DNA of 63,801 bases, counting the filler, from Octopus bimaculoides (lineage: Eukaryota): assembly GCF_001194135.2 (NCBI RefSeq). It is 5 parts of 4 records of this genome, joined end to end, with 100 filler letters (N's around TTAATTAATTAA, not from the genome) between each part and the next. Parts side by side here need not be neighbours in the genome. Positions count along the whole stretch, not along the records: positions 20,862 to 44,885 come from NC_068982.1; 4 more parts are not named here. One strand, written 5' to 3'. The notes beneath the pieces are model-generated. The model saw only the letters and a list, made by a program, of their open reading frames with translations. It was not told the DNA's origin and made no database searches. The position numbers were made by a program, and so were the translations under genes. This document shows positions 24,421 to 37,458 of the stretch, piece by piece; the stretch's first letter is position 1; every line of letters starts with the position of its first letter.

Positions 24421-25627
24421 TATATCGTATTATATTTTGCAATATGCTACTTATGCAACGTATAGCATATAGCCTACATCGTATCTAGCAAGGCCATATG
24501 ATATTGTTGAATGCCAAGATATATAAGACATATACAATCTCATAGGCTTTAAATTTGCAACACATTCGCTACAGCAAAGTTAATATAATCCCTTGTTGGA
24601 AGTCGTCTTTAACATGTTTTCCCTTTAATCCTTTGAAGCGTTTGCGAGGTACAAATTGTCAGCATTCTGCAATACTTAGCATATTTTGGTTTCATCCACT
24701 TATTACCTTACATTTGACACTCTTCAATTCAGGGTACAAACAGTTTCACTATCTTTATAATGCAGCACAATTTTTGCTATGCTGCTTAGTATTTTTATTT
24801 TATTTTCTCATTGTATTTGCTATTTTTCTCTGAAAGAGAATATTGTTTTGCACATAGTGGTTTGATGCATTCACCGTGAGTGAATAGGAAGCAGTTTCAT
24901 TCACGACTATGTTCTTCCGAGTTCAGAATCACAGCGCTGCACACAGGTTTCTCTATTTTCTGAGAGAAAGTAACGTCTTATAATGTCCTGCAAGTTCTCC
25001 AAACGTGACCCTCCTTACCGAGTAAGCTTGATGCGGTTGCCAGTTTAGTATATATATATATATATATNNNNNNNNNNNNNNNNNNNNNNNNNNNNNNNNN
25101 NNNNNNNNNNNNNNNNNNNNNNNNNNNNNNNNNNNNNNNNNNNNNNNNNNNNNNNNNNNNNNNNNNNNNNNNNNNNNNNNNNNNNNNNNNNNNNNNNNNN
25201 NNNNNNNNNNNNNNNNNNNNNNNNNNNNNNNNNNNNNNNNNNNNNNNNNNNNNNNNNNNNNNNNNNNNNNNNNNNNNNNNNNNNNNNNNNNNNNNNNNNN
25301 NNNNNNNNNNNNNNNNNNNNNNNNNNNNNNNNNNNNNNNNNNNNNNNNNNNNNNNNNNNNNNNNNNNNNNNNNNNNNNNNNNNNNNNNNNNNNNNNNNNN
25401 NNNNNNNNNNNNNNNNNNNNNNNNNNNNNNNNNNNNNNNNNNNNNNNNNNNNNNNNNNNNNNNNNNNNNNNNNNNNNNNNNNNNNNNNNNNNNNNNNNNN
25501 NNNNNNNNNNNNNNNNNNNNNNNNNNNNNNNNNNNNNNNNNNNNNNNNNNNNNNNNNNNNNNNNNNNNNNNNNNNNNTATATATATATATATATATATAT
25601 GCATGTATATGTGTCTGAGTTTGTACT

Positions 25628-25804
25628 CCCACCATCGTTTGACAACCGATTTTGGTGTGTTTACGTTCGCGTTACCTAGCGGTTCGGCACCGATAGTATA
25701 AGTACTAGGCTTACAAAGAATAAGTTCTAGGCTCGACTTGCTAGACTAAAGGCAGTGCTCCTGCATGGCCGAAGTCATATGACTGAAACAAGTAAAAGAA
25801 TAAA
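25628..25804 (+). mobile_element. SINE family B tail
   Basis: TTGACAACCG..AGTACTAGGCTTACAAAGAATAAG..GACTGAAACAAGTAAAAGAATAAA. Confidence 0.9.
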
Positions 25805-27444
25805 TGAATAATACATATATGCATACACATCTCGGAGTAACACAAGTATGGAGGATAGAAAGAACTGGAGACAGTGAGAGAGCGAGATATAATTTGATGT
25901 ATGCCGATGGAGAGATAACAACTATTTCAGAGTGCGGTAACAAAATATACTTTTATGTTTGAAGCGCTGATATCGTGTGAATGCATATATGTTTGTGTGT
26001 GTGCGTGTGTGTGTCTGTGTGCGTATCTTCATATACATATTTATATATATGTAAGTATGTGTGTATGTATATATGTGTGTGTATNNNNNNNNNNGTGTGT
26101 GCTGAGAACCTATCTTTGTAAGCAGTGCATTATCAGATTAAGAAGAAAGAATTAATGAAGAGAGAAGAGAAGTGCTTCGATTTCATAATTTTGATGTGGA
26201 TGAATCTATACCGTACAATCATGCATGAGTCTATAAAACGAAGAACTCTGATTATTATATTAGGCATCTGTTGATGGAAAACATTCAGTGCTTCTTTTTC
26301 CCTGGGCACTTCGTAATATAATTGATGTCAGAAATGAAACAAGATGACAATAACTACTGAAATTCTGCTTGTGGTTCAAAGGTGATAATAAGAATGATCT
26401 TTTTTACGTGATCGGTATATATAAGTCGATATAACACTTTCAGTACCAAACATGAATTTGTAAATATAGAGCAACAACTACTAAATTATTTATTTATATC
26501 ATGGCGAATGTATGTAATATTTTGAAGCAGAAATAAGTGCATAATGAAAATGTTTTTCAGAAGTGATGATTACACACACAGAAACTCACAGACTTGTGCG
26601 CGTGCACACACGAATTTATTTTTATATGTATACATATATATATATATATATAAGCTAGATGGGTGTTGAAAACATTATATTTATCAAAGCGTTCATCGAA
26701 GTCACAACCGTTATCAGAAATCACAAACTCACAAAATTTGGCAAATAACCNNNNNNNNNNNNNNNNNNNNNNNNNNNNNNNNNNNNNNNNNNNNNNNNNN
26801 NNNNNNNNNNNNNNNNNNNNNNNNNNNNNNNNNNNNNNNNNNNNNNNNNNNNNNNNNNNNNNNNNNNNNNNNNNNNNNNNNNNNNNNNNNNNNNNNNNNN
26901 NNNNNNNNNNNNNNNNNNNNNNNNNNNNNNNNNNNNNNNNNNNNNNNNNNNNNNNNNNNNNNNNNNNNNNNNNNNNNNNNNNNNNNNNNNNNNNNNNNNN
27001 NNNNNNNNNNNNNNNNNNNNNNNNNNNNNNNNNNNNNNNNNNNNNNNNNNNNNNNNNNNNNNNNNNNNNNNNNNNNNNNNNNNNNNNNNNNNNNNNNNNN
27101 NNGAAATAAGAAATCATATCATGACATGAACTTAATTAGCTTACACCTGTTTTTGCAATACAACACAAATCACTCACAGCTGAATGCTTGTGTGTATGTA
27201 TAACTGTAAAAGCTTTTCCCAAATAGAATTGCAGTTCATTTTTCAGCTCCTCTGGACCTATAGGGCGATAGACAAGCATTCAAATATGAGTGCATTGCAT
27301 CTCATAGAAGAAAAGAAAACCTGAAAGCTACTAAAACTACTGTCATTTCAATTTCTTATTAACGCCCTGGCGCTCTGTTCTGATGCATATGTAAACTGAA
27401 TTCAAACATCAGGTTATTACTATTTTTATGTTTAAGCGAAATGG

Positions 27445-27485
<41 letters not shown>

Positions 27486-27584
27486 GTTTTATTTATTTGC
27501 GGCAAGGGCGAAGGAGGGGGGCAATAAAAAAGACAAACAAAGCGTTTGTGTGGGGAAGTTACACATTTATTATTTTTAAAAAAT

Positions 27585-27778
27585 AGTTTTAGTTATTTGA
27601 CTACGGCCATGCTCAAACACCGATTTTAGACGATCAAGTCCACGCCAGGACTTATTCTTTGTAAGCCTAGTACTTATTCTAGCGGTAAATGTTACCGAAC
27701 CGCTAAGTTACAGGGACATAAACACACCAACATCGGTTGTCAAGCGACGGTGGGGGGACAAACAGACACAAAAACATT
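27585..27778 (-). mobile_element. SINE family B tail
   Basis: GACTTATTCTTTGTAAGCCTAGTACTTATTC..GAACCGCTAAGTTAC..CGGTTGTCAAGCG. Confidence 0.85.
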
Positions 27779-28169
27779 GTGTGTTATTTGTAAAAAAATA
27801 AACAGATTTGAATGGTACAACAATGCACTATAATACAAAAGATGGACTATACACCTCTTGTAATTTAGTTATCTATAGTCCGATGATATTTCAGAATACA
27901 ATTCCTTCTTCAGATTTTCTTAGATGGAGTCTCTGCTATAAACTGTGTACTAACGGCTTTTCTTTTTTTCCGGAAGTGTCTCAGTAGTGGTCTCACGAAG
28001 CTCCTTCCAGAGTTCCTCATGAGAAGTGCGTGAGGTCGGCTATGATTCAATCTCGCATGTGTTGGTATATCTGTAGCGCTGCTTCTAAGTTATGTGTTAT
28101 AAACAATACATGAGCATGTTATTAGGAATGAACCTACACACGTCCAGATGTAGCTAAATAATATATTGA

Positions 28170-28445
28170 TTACCAGTCGCCAGCCTGTTGTTAATTTGGG
28201 GTCCTAGTCTGTGAATGAGTAATGTTTCCTTAATTCTTAAATTACCCAAATTTCTTTCATTGTCCTCAATTGTGACTGTTATGCTTTTGTCAGCGTTCCG
28301 GTATCTGACTAGATATTTTCTGAAGGAGGAGGCTCTCGTGTTCAGATGTTCTTTGATGCGGGCGTGCAACGGTCTTGTTGTGCTACCCACATAGAACTTG
28401 TTGCATTTGTTACAAAAAATGTGCAAGTGAGTTTATGTATAATAT
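28170..28445 (-). mobile_element. Penelope-like GIY-YIG endonuclease fragment
   Basis: FCNKCNKFYVGSTTRPLHARIKEHLNTRASSF..NLRIKETLLIHRLGPQINNR. Confidence 0.85.
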
Positions 28446-29030
28446 CAAGGTTGAACAGCATGACAGAAGTGCGGCAAGTGTATTTGCAAAGAAAGTGAAA
28501 CCAATGGCAATGCAAAACTATTGGCTGATATGTTGGAACAAAAGCTTCAGCATGGAAAATGTGTGGCTTGTTGGAAACAGGCTGATGTAGGCCAGAAGCA
28601 CATCAGTAGCTACGGAGCGCAGGCCTAAAGGTAGAACGTGAAGGCTTCATTTTTACTGTTCAAGAACAGAGCTTATCGACCCGGAACTATGAAGACAATG
28701 TGATGAAAAACTGTGTAGATCCAAAGTGCCGATACTTCAAAGATGGGAGTCAAACAGTGGTTCTATAACTTATAAAGTGCAAATCAAGATATTACAGAGT
28801 TGGACAATATCTACATTGGATAATGTGTTGGGATTACAAAATCAAAACTGCTGACAAATGGTACAAGCACAACCCTGAGGCTGTAACTGAGAAAGAAAAT
28901 GTCACGATTCTTTGTGAATTCCCAGTATGTGCAGACCGGACATCAAAGCAAATAAGCTAAATATTGTTGTGAAAGACAAAACAATAAAGTCCATTTATAG
29001 ATTGACATGAGCATACCTTTTGACCATAAT
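28440..29030 (+). mobile_element. R4/Dong-like LINE fragment (CCHC/RLE region)
   Basis: LRSAGLKVEREGFIFTVQEQSLSTRNY..DPKCRY..VGQYLHWIMCWDYKIKTADKWYKHNPEAVTEKENVTIL..IDMSIPFDHN, with frameshifts. Confidence 0.85.
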
Positions 29031-29153
29031 TTCGACCCCGAAAGGATGAAAGGCAAAGTCGACCTCGGCGAAATTTGAACTCAGAAAGTAAAATTAAACG
29101 AAATAGCGCTAAACATTTCGCCCGGCATGCTAACGTTTCTCCCAGCTCGCCGA
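29031..29153 (-). mobile_element. SINE family C, 5' part
   Basis: TCGACCCCGAAAGGATGAAAGGCAAAGTCGACCTCGGCGAAATTTGAACTCAG..CCAGCTCGCC; truncates the adjacent LINE fragment. Confidence 0.9.
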
Positions 29154-29220
29154 CTTAAATTGTATGAATAATGTTTTATTAGGCAGTCAATGGTATATTT
29201 ATATATATTGAAGTTTTATA

Positions 29221-29676
29221 TTTTACTTGTTTCAGCCATCAGAGTGCAGCCATGCTGGGGCACCACCTAGAGGAATTTTTAGTGCAATGAATCTAGCCCA
29301 TTACTTATCTTTCTTTTCAACCTGGTACTTATTCCATCATCACTTCTGTCAAACTGCTAGGTTACGGAAACGTGAACACACCAACACCGGTTGCCAAGTG
29401 GTGATGAGAGACAAATAGAAACAGACACACATGCATACACACACACGCACGCACACAAACACACACACACACACATACACACACACACACACACACGCAC
29501 GCACGCATATTATAAACGAGCTTCTTTCAGGTTCAACCTACTGAACCCACACAGAAGACAGTGGGGGTCTCGAGGCTACAGTAGAAGATACTTACCCAGA
29601 GTGCCATGTAGTGGGACTGAACCCGGAAGCATGTGGTTGTGAAGCAAGCTTCTTTCCACACATCCGCCCCTGCGTC
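29221..29676 (-). mobile_element. Composite SINE A-(TG)n-B
   Basis: B tail 29221-29430, (CA)n tract, A head 29514-29676. Confidence 0.85.
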
Positions 29677-29903
29677 TTTATAGGTGAAAAATCGTCTCAT
29701 ATTCTTGATAGTTTGTGTCGAAACAATATTAAGAAATTATACCATACGTAATTATGAGTTTGTTAACATTATATTTAAGAAGAAATCTAGGTCACTTAGA
29801 AAAATTTACACCGCTGAAGATAGATTCGATGGCAACATGTGAAGGGTAAGATATTACTAAATACATAAATGCTTTTCTAAAATTCTCTGTTTTGTCTGAT
29901 GTA

Positions 29904-30111
29904 CGACAGGTGCTGAACATTTTCTGACTTTCTGTAAAAGAAAATAGAGGAAGATCGGTTAATTTTGATTTTATTCAACATATTCACCTTTTAGATTCAT
30001 TGGAGCAGTCCTTCAACTTTTCTAGACACTGTGAAGCAACTCAAAATGTTGAGCCTCCAACCAGGTCTTTGGCGATACCCTTAAAGCTAAGAACTTTTCA
30101 GGACCTCCTTG
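29904..30111 (-). mobile_element. Mariner-derived MITE
   Basis: TA on both flanks and diverged TIRs of about 29 bp. Retains the transposase end LKGEYVE* on the minus strand. Confidence 0.75.
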
Positions 30112-30573
30112 TAGACAGCCAATAACTGTATATAAAATTGTTATGTAACGTATAACGGACGAAAGGTTTCAATAAAGCATCCACAGAGGTGAATATTCGC
30201 GTGAACCCTTTTGTGTGATAACTAACTTAGCAGCACAACCGATTTCTGTCGTGGATGAATTGTATCAGATTAATACAATGTATTAGATTAAATATCGTTT
30301 ACAAATATCTACGAGTTTGATGCACTTTTGTAATCTGTATTCACTTATCCATCTTAAAATAATAATAAAAAATGAGTGTTCTTGCTGTCTGCTAGATAAC
30401 TAGTAATTTATTGTAATCTTAAATTCAAATGGAGCAAGAAAGCTCAAACATATGTACACATGCATAGAAATACACAGGCTACAAGAAGACACACGCACTC
30501 AAGGGCATCCCCCATGCGTACATGCATAACTGCATGCACATATGTGTGTATATGTATGATTATGTGTGTATAT

Positions 30574-30941
30574 GGAGGCGCAATGGCCCAGTGGTTAGGG
30601 CAGCGGACTCGCGATCGATTCCCAGACCGGGCGTTTTGAGTGTTTATTGAGTGAAAACACCTAAAGTTCCACGAGTCTCCGGCAGGGGATGGTGGTGAAC
30701 CCTGCTGTACTCTTTCACTGCAACTTTCTCTCACTCCTTCTTCCTGTTTCTGTTGTGCCTGTAATTCAAAGGGCCAGCCTTGTCACACTGTGTCACGCTG
30801 AATATCCCTGAGAACTATGTTAAGAGTACACGTGCCTGTGGAGTGCTCAGCCACTTGCACGTTAATTTCACGAGCAGGCTGTTCCGTTGATCGGATCAAT
30901 TGGAACCCTTTACGACGTATGCGACGGAGTGCCAACAACAA
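30574..30941 (+). mobile_element. SINE family E (tRNA-like head, about 370 bp)
   Basis: GGAGGCGCAATGGCCCAGTGGTTAGGG head, CGATTCCC B-box remnant, 3' end ..GACGGAGTGCCAACAACAA followed by (TA)n. Confidence 0.8.
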
Positions 30942-30946
30942 TGTGC

Positions 30947-31000
<54 letters not shown>

Positions 31001-31611
31001 GCATAATCTATATGTTTATTTATATATACATACACATAATCTATATGTTTATTTATATATACATCATACGCATTTATGTGTGTGCGTGTGTGTCTGTGTA
31101 TGTATGTTTGTATTTATATGTCTGAACATGTGTGTGTGTGTGTGTGTGTGTGGGTGTGTGTGTGTTTGTGTGCGTAATGTTCTCCTCTGTAGAACAATAC
31201 GTTACTTCAAGGTAGAAGGATCCCATCTTATAACAAAAAAAAAAAACTGCGTCAGAAGCAATAAATTTCTAGGAAACAGACAGATGGAAGTAACTCACGT
31301 TCATTTATTTATTACAGTTGCAATCGATTATTGCTATTTCCGGTGGTAGGAGTAAGACAGCTTAATTTTACTACGATGTTTAGAACAAGTTTTGTTTTAT
31401 CGTAGTACAAACATGCTTATACTGTTATGACATTCATAGCATATTAGTCATCCGCTGAATTGATTTGGGATACTAAAGAAGATATTTACGTATCTTTCAA
31501 TGCAAGCCATATAGCTGCAATTGGTTCCTTGTGGATCCAGAAATGTTCCTGGTAAAACAATCGCTATATATATCTGCCTACGCATGTTCGCAAAGTGTCC
31601 AGTGGGCAATA

Positions 31612-32118
<507 letters not shown>

Positions 32119-32879
32119 TATTTCTTTCAATTTTGTTTCCATGTGTTTTCCCGTCGCCCAGGGCAAAGAAACCTATTGTAAACATTGATATGCCATTAAA
32201 ATATACAAACCAGTTTCTCCATATTTTACAAGAGTTTGCTCTGTGTATTATCTCCTGAGATGGCGTACCTAATACATATTAATATAGTGCTTCTTTATAC
32301 TCTTCCCGAATCCATTTCATCCTCTTGCATTATTCTAATTCTGCTAGATGCTGTAATGAATATGGAGGGCTCGATGCCGAGCAGTTACAGTTCAAGTTAT
32401 CACCCAGCTTCGTATTAGTGGATGACTTTCAAACCACAGATTATAACCCCACTGAGAGACGCACTTCCAGACGTACCATAGGACAAGCGATCTTTTCATT
32501 TTCCTATTGTAAGAAGACACTGGTAGATCGCATTTCCCATACCTTGGTGGTACAGTAATTCAGGAGATTTTGTGTGGAGTTATACCTGAAATAACGAAAG
32601 ATGGCTACCCTCGTATTGGGGATTCTATTTATCAATAATCGTTTTTTTTTTTTTTTTCTAAGGACATGTCTTTTGTTACATACTTTTATGTTGTATTTTC
32701 CCCCTTGATCGTTGTAAAACCCACCTGTTGTGCTTATAGAATAATTCACCTCATCATTGTCGTCGTGTCATCATCATCATCATCATTATAACAGGGACGG
32801 CCATAGAGTTGATAACCATTATCTTGTTTTTCGCATTGAGCTGTTTTCAGTATTAATCTATCGTATCTACAGTATTCTT

Positions 32880-33672
32880 TTTTTTTAAATTTTCTCTTTC
32901 ATTTGTGTGTGTTGTATTGTATCCAGTTCATTGATTCCAAAATATTCGTACATCTGGTTTTGGTCTACTTCTGTTATTTCATTTGTTTTATCTCGTGTGA
33001 TGCTACTACTCTTAACTAGTTTTCGTCTTTTCAAGGTCGCTTTGGCACAATTTTCCAAGCCAAACTTCATGTTTATTTCTTTAGTAAATCCATGTGCTGC
33101 CTGTAGTAATGTTTCCATCTGTTTATCATTTGTAGCGTACATCTTTAGATTATCAATATATTGGAGGTGGTTGATTGTTTTGCTGTAGCAGTTGTATCCA
33201 CATCCAGTTCAGTTTAGAGTTTAGCAAGGAATGGAGAGAGTTTGTCTCCCTGGAATATTCCTCTTCTAATGGGGATGGATTTGATTTTTATGAGTCCCTC
33301 TTTCCTCTGGAGCTGTAGCACTGTCTGCCATTTATTCATGGAATGTTTTATATATTTTATGATTATTGCTGCTACCTTGTTCACAGTTAGTGTTTCTAGG
33401 ATCCACGCTGGGGAATACTATCAAAAGCCTTTCGTTAATCGATCCAGGCCATACACAGAGCCTTCTTTCTGCGGCTGTCTTCAGTTATGGCTTTATTGAT
33501 CAATAGCTGATTTTTACAGTCGTATGTGCCCTTGAACCATTCCTCCTGCTCTTCTGGAAACAGCTTGTTTTCTTTCAAATGCTTGCTCATTTTCTATAAA
33601 TTGTAGGGAGACAAGTTATTGGTTTGTAATTTTGTGGGTTTACCGTTTCAGTGAATTTGGGAATTAGGAGAG
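32880..33672 (-). mobile_element. R4/Dong-like LINE reverse transcriptase fragment
   Basis: IPKFTETVNPQNYKPITCLPTIY..CKNQLLINKAI..IRRGIFQGDKLSP..NHLQYIDNLKMYA..INMKFGLENCAKATLK..MKEKI. Confidence 0.9.
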
Positions 33673-33769
33673 TTATTATTATTATGATTATTATTGTTGT
33701 TGTTGTTGTTATTATTATTATTATTATTGTTTTTGTTGTTATTATTAATATCATCAAGCAATAAGATGA

Positions 33770-35035
33770 GTGCGATGCGATTCTCAATAGGCTGTTAATT
33801 TAACGGTTTAAACGATATTTCAACGGACCGTCGGTATTAGTAATTCACAAATATATTTGTCACCATGCATTTTAAAGACTGAAAGTGTAATAGATTCAGA
33901 ATATCTTCTGAGAATGTACACTTTGATGAGTTCCTCAAAATTGCAGCCGTTTGATGAATATATCCGACAAATTCCGTCGAACTACTGCTGTTGTATCTGA
34001 CGTCATACTGTGCCCACTGAATTTTTTGTTTAATTTAACGAACATAAATCAAGTTGTGTTTGGTACATTATCTTGCGTACAACAAATCGGAATCTTCACA
34101 CGTCCCACCTTCCGTATTAATCATAAACGTTTTGTTTTGATTCTTAATGGAATTGACTTGACGCATGTTGCACAATGAACAGGGCTTAATTCTCTTCCGG
34201 TTGTTTTCCAAGCTTCGGAATCTCCAATGGTAGTTTTCCTTAGGTTAGAGGTAGTGGTTGATATTTATCATACACTTTTGTTGCATCGAAATGCTACGAT
34301 ATGTTCAATCCGCGCAAAAGGTCCCTGAATAAAGGTTGTTTTAATGGTGAACGAAACACCCATGTTTCCAGATGTGAATTATCCAAATCCCAAACGATTC
34401 CTATGGTCGCCGCAAAGTTGAGACTCTTGTTTAGTACTGCTTCTTCAGAGCTTTCTAGATGTCGGCTACTTACATTAATGACTGCTTCCACAGGTGGGTA
34501 ACGAACTTCAGTCTTTATTCTCTGACCTTTGAATTTCATAAGCTTCTTAATCTTGCATATCTTCACCATTTTAAATTCTTTCATGTACGACTTTTCCAGA
34601 TCTTGTTGGATTCTCTTTCTATCATCATCTCTGGTTATTTTTCTAAGTAATGAAGAGCAACCTCTCATTAATTTCGTTATTTAGTTGATGTTTTTGTTCC
34701 CCCAACGGTTGTAATGGATCCTTTCACAGACGAGGGTATGTCCTGCTCTTTCCACTACTCTTCTAGCTTTATATGAATCCACAGGTGTCATTAAATTCAA
34801 GCCAGTTGGTATTAGCTTTGTGTCTCTACATCTACACAGGAAAGTTAGATGGTTTGAAAGACGAGCTAGTTTTCGATGGAGATTCTCTATATGTCTCCAT
34901 TGAAGTCTAATGTAGGCTCCGTAGCGATTGGATAATACAGTTCTATATCTAAGAGACGAGGAATAATATACATTATTTACATTTGACGGATATTTGTTTT
35001 CATCTTGTTTGCTGTTAACACAACGTTAACACAAC
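33770..35035 (-). mobile_element. Penelope-like element, internally deleted
   Basis: N-terminal-type VINVSSRHLESSEEAVLNKSLNFA, then NLRKTTIG and a GIY-YIG-like TEGGTCEDSDLLYAR*CTKHNLIYV..YDVRYNSSSSTE..GCNFEELIKVYIL. Confidence 0.7.
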
Positions 35036-35120
35036 CTTCTAAGCAGATCGAATGCAGATATGAATAGCATATAGGAACCAGTATTAAGGAAGTATAGAAT
35101 AATATTAGATTTATAAGCCC

Positions 35121-35212
<92 letters not shown>

Positions 35213-35215
<3 letters not shown>

Positions 35216-36156
35216 CAAATGAAATCCAAACTTAAACTAGAACAGCAACGGACCATGATAAAACGATGGCAAGAAAAAGCCCCTACATGGTAAATACTGG
35301 GCTAAACTAAATGCGAAAGAAATAGACAGAGAAAAATCCCAGCAATGGCTGAGAAGCTCAGGACTCAAAGCAGAGACTGAAGGATTTTTAATTGCTGCAC
35401 AAGACCAGAGCCTCCCCACCAGAAATTACCAAAAACACATAATGAAAAGAAATATAACAAGTAACTGTANNNNNNNNNNNNNNNNNNNNNNNNNNNNNNN
35501 NNNNNNNNNNNNNNNNNNNNNNNNNNNNNNNNNNNNNNNNNNNNNNNNNNNNNNNNNNNNNNNNNNNNNNNNNNNNNNNNNNNNNNNNNNNNNNNNNNNN
35601 NNNNNNNNNNNNNNNNNNNNNNNNNNNNNNNNNNNNNNNNNNNNNNNNNNNNNNNNNNNNNNNNNNNNNNNNNNNNNNNNNNNNNNNNNNNNNNNNNNNN
35701 NNNNNNNNNNNNNNNNNNNNNNNNNNNNNNNNNNNNNNNNNNNNNNNNNNNNNNNNNNNNNNNNNNNNNNNNNNNNNNNNNNNNNNNNNNNNNNNNNNNN
35801 NNNTCTCTCTAAAAGAAATGGAAAAACTTTCAAAATACAAAGACCTAGAAATAGAGATAACTCGAATGTGGAATCTAAAAACAGAAACAATTCTTATCAT
35901 AGTAGGTGCCTTAGGTATAATAAAAAAAAATATTCAGACAAATACATAACAAAAACACCAGGACTTACACATATATATAACATACAGAAAATTGCACTAC
36001 TGGGTACTGCACACATTCTACGCAAAATACTTTCAATACAGTAAACATAAGAGCACCACAGCAAACCACAGCACATACCCAAAGCACACAGAGCTGCGCT
36101 CGGTAGTGAAGTGAAAGCACGTTATAAAAATAAAAATAATAATAATAATAATAATA
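35213..36156 (+). mobile_element. R4/Dong-like LINE 3' end flanked by (TAA)n
   Basis: KQMKSKLKLEQQRTMIKRWQEKALHGKYW..QWLRSSGLKAETEGFLIAAQDQSLPTRNY [gap] KYKDLEIEITRMWNLKTE..VGALG..IQKIALLGTAHILRKILSIQ*, then a 3' UTR and TAA tail. (TAA)n lies at 35120-35212. Confidence 0.92.
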
Positions 36157-36204
36157 TCGCAAAATTCTATTATAATTCGTCATCTCTTAAATATAAAACT
36201 GTAT

Positions 36205-36945
36205 AAACTTAGATGAACTTAGATATATTTCGACCAAAGATTGGTCCAGGTCATGTCTAACTTAATAGCACCACCTGGTAGGATTATTGAAGTCCTTTTG
36301 AAGTCAAGTTCTGTTTATGGTCCATTCAAGTAGTGAGTTCTTGTTGAGTGAGTTGTATCCAGGTATGGGTGGCTTATCTGGTATTCCTTGAAGAAATCTG
36401 TCTAGACTCCGTTTAAAGGTGATGGGGTCTTTCCCTCTTTGATTTGTTTAACAGGCCCTGCCCTGTTAAACAGGGCAGTGCCTGTTGAGGAAAAGAAATT
36501 ATGTCGCAGTGTACCTATATGGTGTGATCCTGAATTGGGAAGGGGAAATATGGCCTGTGGTCCCAGCCTTAGAGGAACCTTGAAACTAATGTTCAGGTCA
36601 TGTGGTCAATGTTGGCGGTATATTCTCCACATCGTACAGATGGTGTACCGTTAGCGGCGGCGCTGGAGGGAGTAGAGTTTCAAGGCTTTAAGGCGGTCCC
36701 AGTAATTGAGATCAATTATGCCTTCAATTTATTTAGTGAGTGCCCTCTGGGGTGATTCAATCCTCGAGATGTTTTGTTTTGTATGGGGAGACCACAAATG
36801 GCAGCAGTACTCGATGTGTGGCTGTACAAAGGAGGAGAATATATACGAACATTTTAATTTAGTTCACAGGCCCCAAGAACTAAGGACTATCAGGGTGCAC
36901 AGACCCCAAGCAGAGAACCATTGATCTATACCATTCTTCCTTTCG
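36205..36945 (-). mobile_element. CR1-clade LINE 3' end
   Basis: FVQPHIEYCCHLWSP..IESPQRALTK..YWDRLKALKLYSLQRR..FKRSLDRFLQGIPDKP..NSLLEW, then a short UTR with repeated TCTAAGTT. Confidence 0.88.
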
Positions 36946-37080
36946 GGATCAATAAAATAAGAATCAGTATAAACCCCAGTGCCGATGTTTTCGACCAACC
37001 CTATCCTCTAAACTCCCGCGTCTTTGTAAAGATTATTAGTTTTGTTAGTTGAGGTTGTGTTGATGGTGATATTGGCGTTG

Positions 37081-37081
37081 A

Positions 37082-37132
<51 letters not shown>

Positions 37133-37140
37133 CAGCAGTA
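37081..37140. repeat. (AGT)n microsatellite
   Basis: Read directly. Confidence 0.95.
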
Positions 37141-37404
37141 GTTTCTTTTCAGCTTCTGCTTTCATTCCTCATGCCAAAAGTATTATTTTACCGTGCAATC
37201 GATATTGATTTCTCGTATGCGTCTATTTGGATACATAAGCAGACACAAATAGATATAAACGTTTACATCCACATATATGCGATATAAGCTTCTACACATT
37301 GATAAACATAGTATATATTTATTTAAATATATATATTAATGTATAAATGCATGTGTCCGTCCTTCTGTGTGCATAAAAAGGAGATAGATAAGTAAAAGTG
37401 CGCA

Positions 37405-37458
<54 letters not shown>

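Noticed and set aside
24430-24960. LRR-like peptides (RFKGLKG, LYILAFNNI) on the minus strand; similar hints at 10300-10640
   Set aside because: Too few motifs to distinguish from chance.
12858-30640. tRNA genes at SINE heads (12858, 30574 and others)
   Set aside because: Only A- and B-box remnants, no full cloverleaf, and they continue into SINE bodies.
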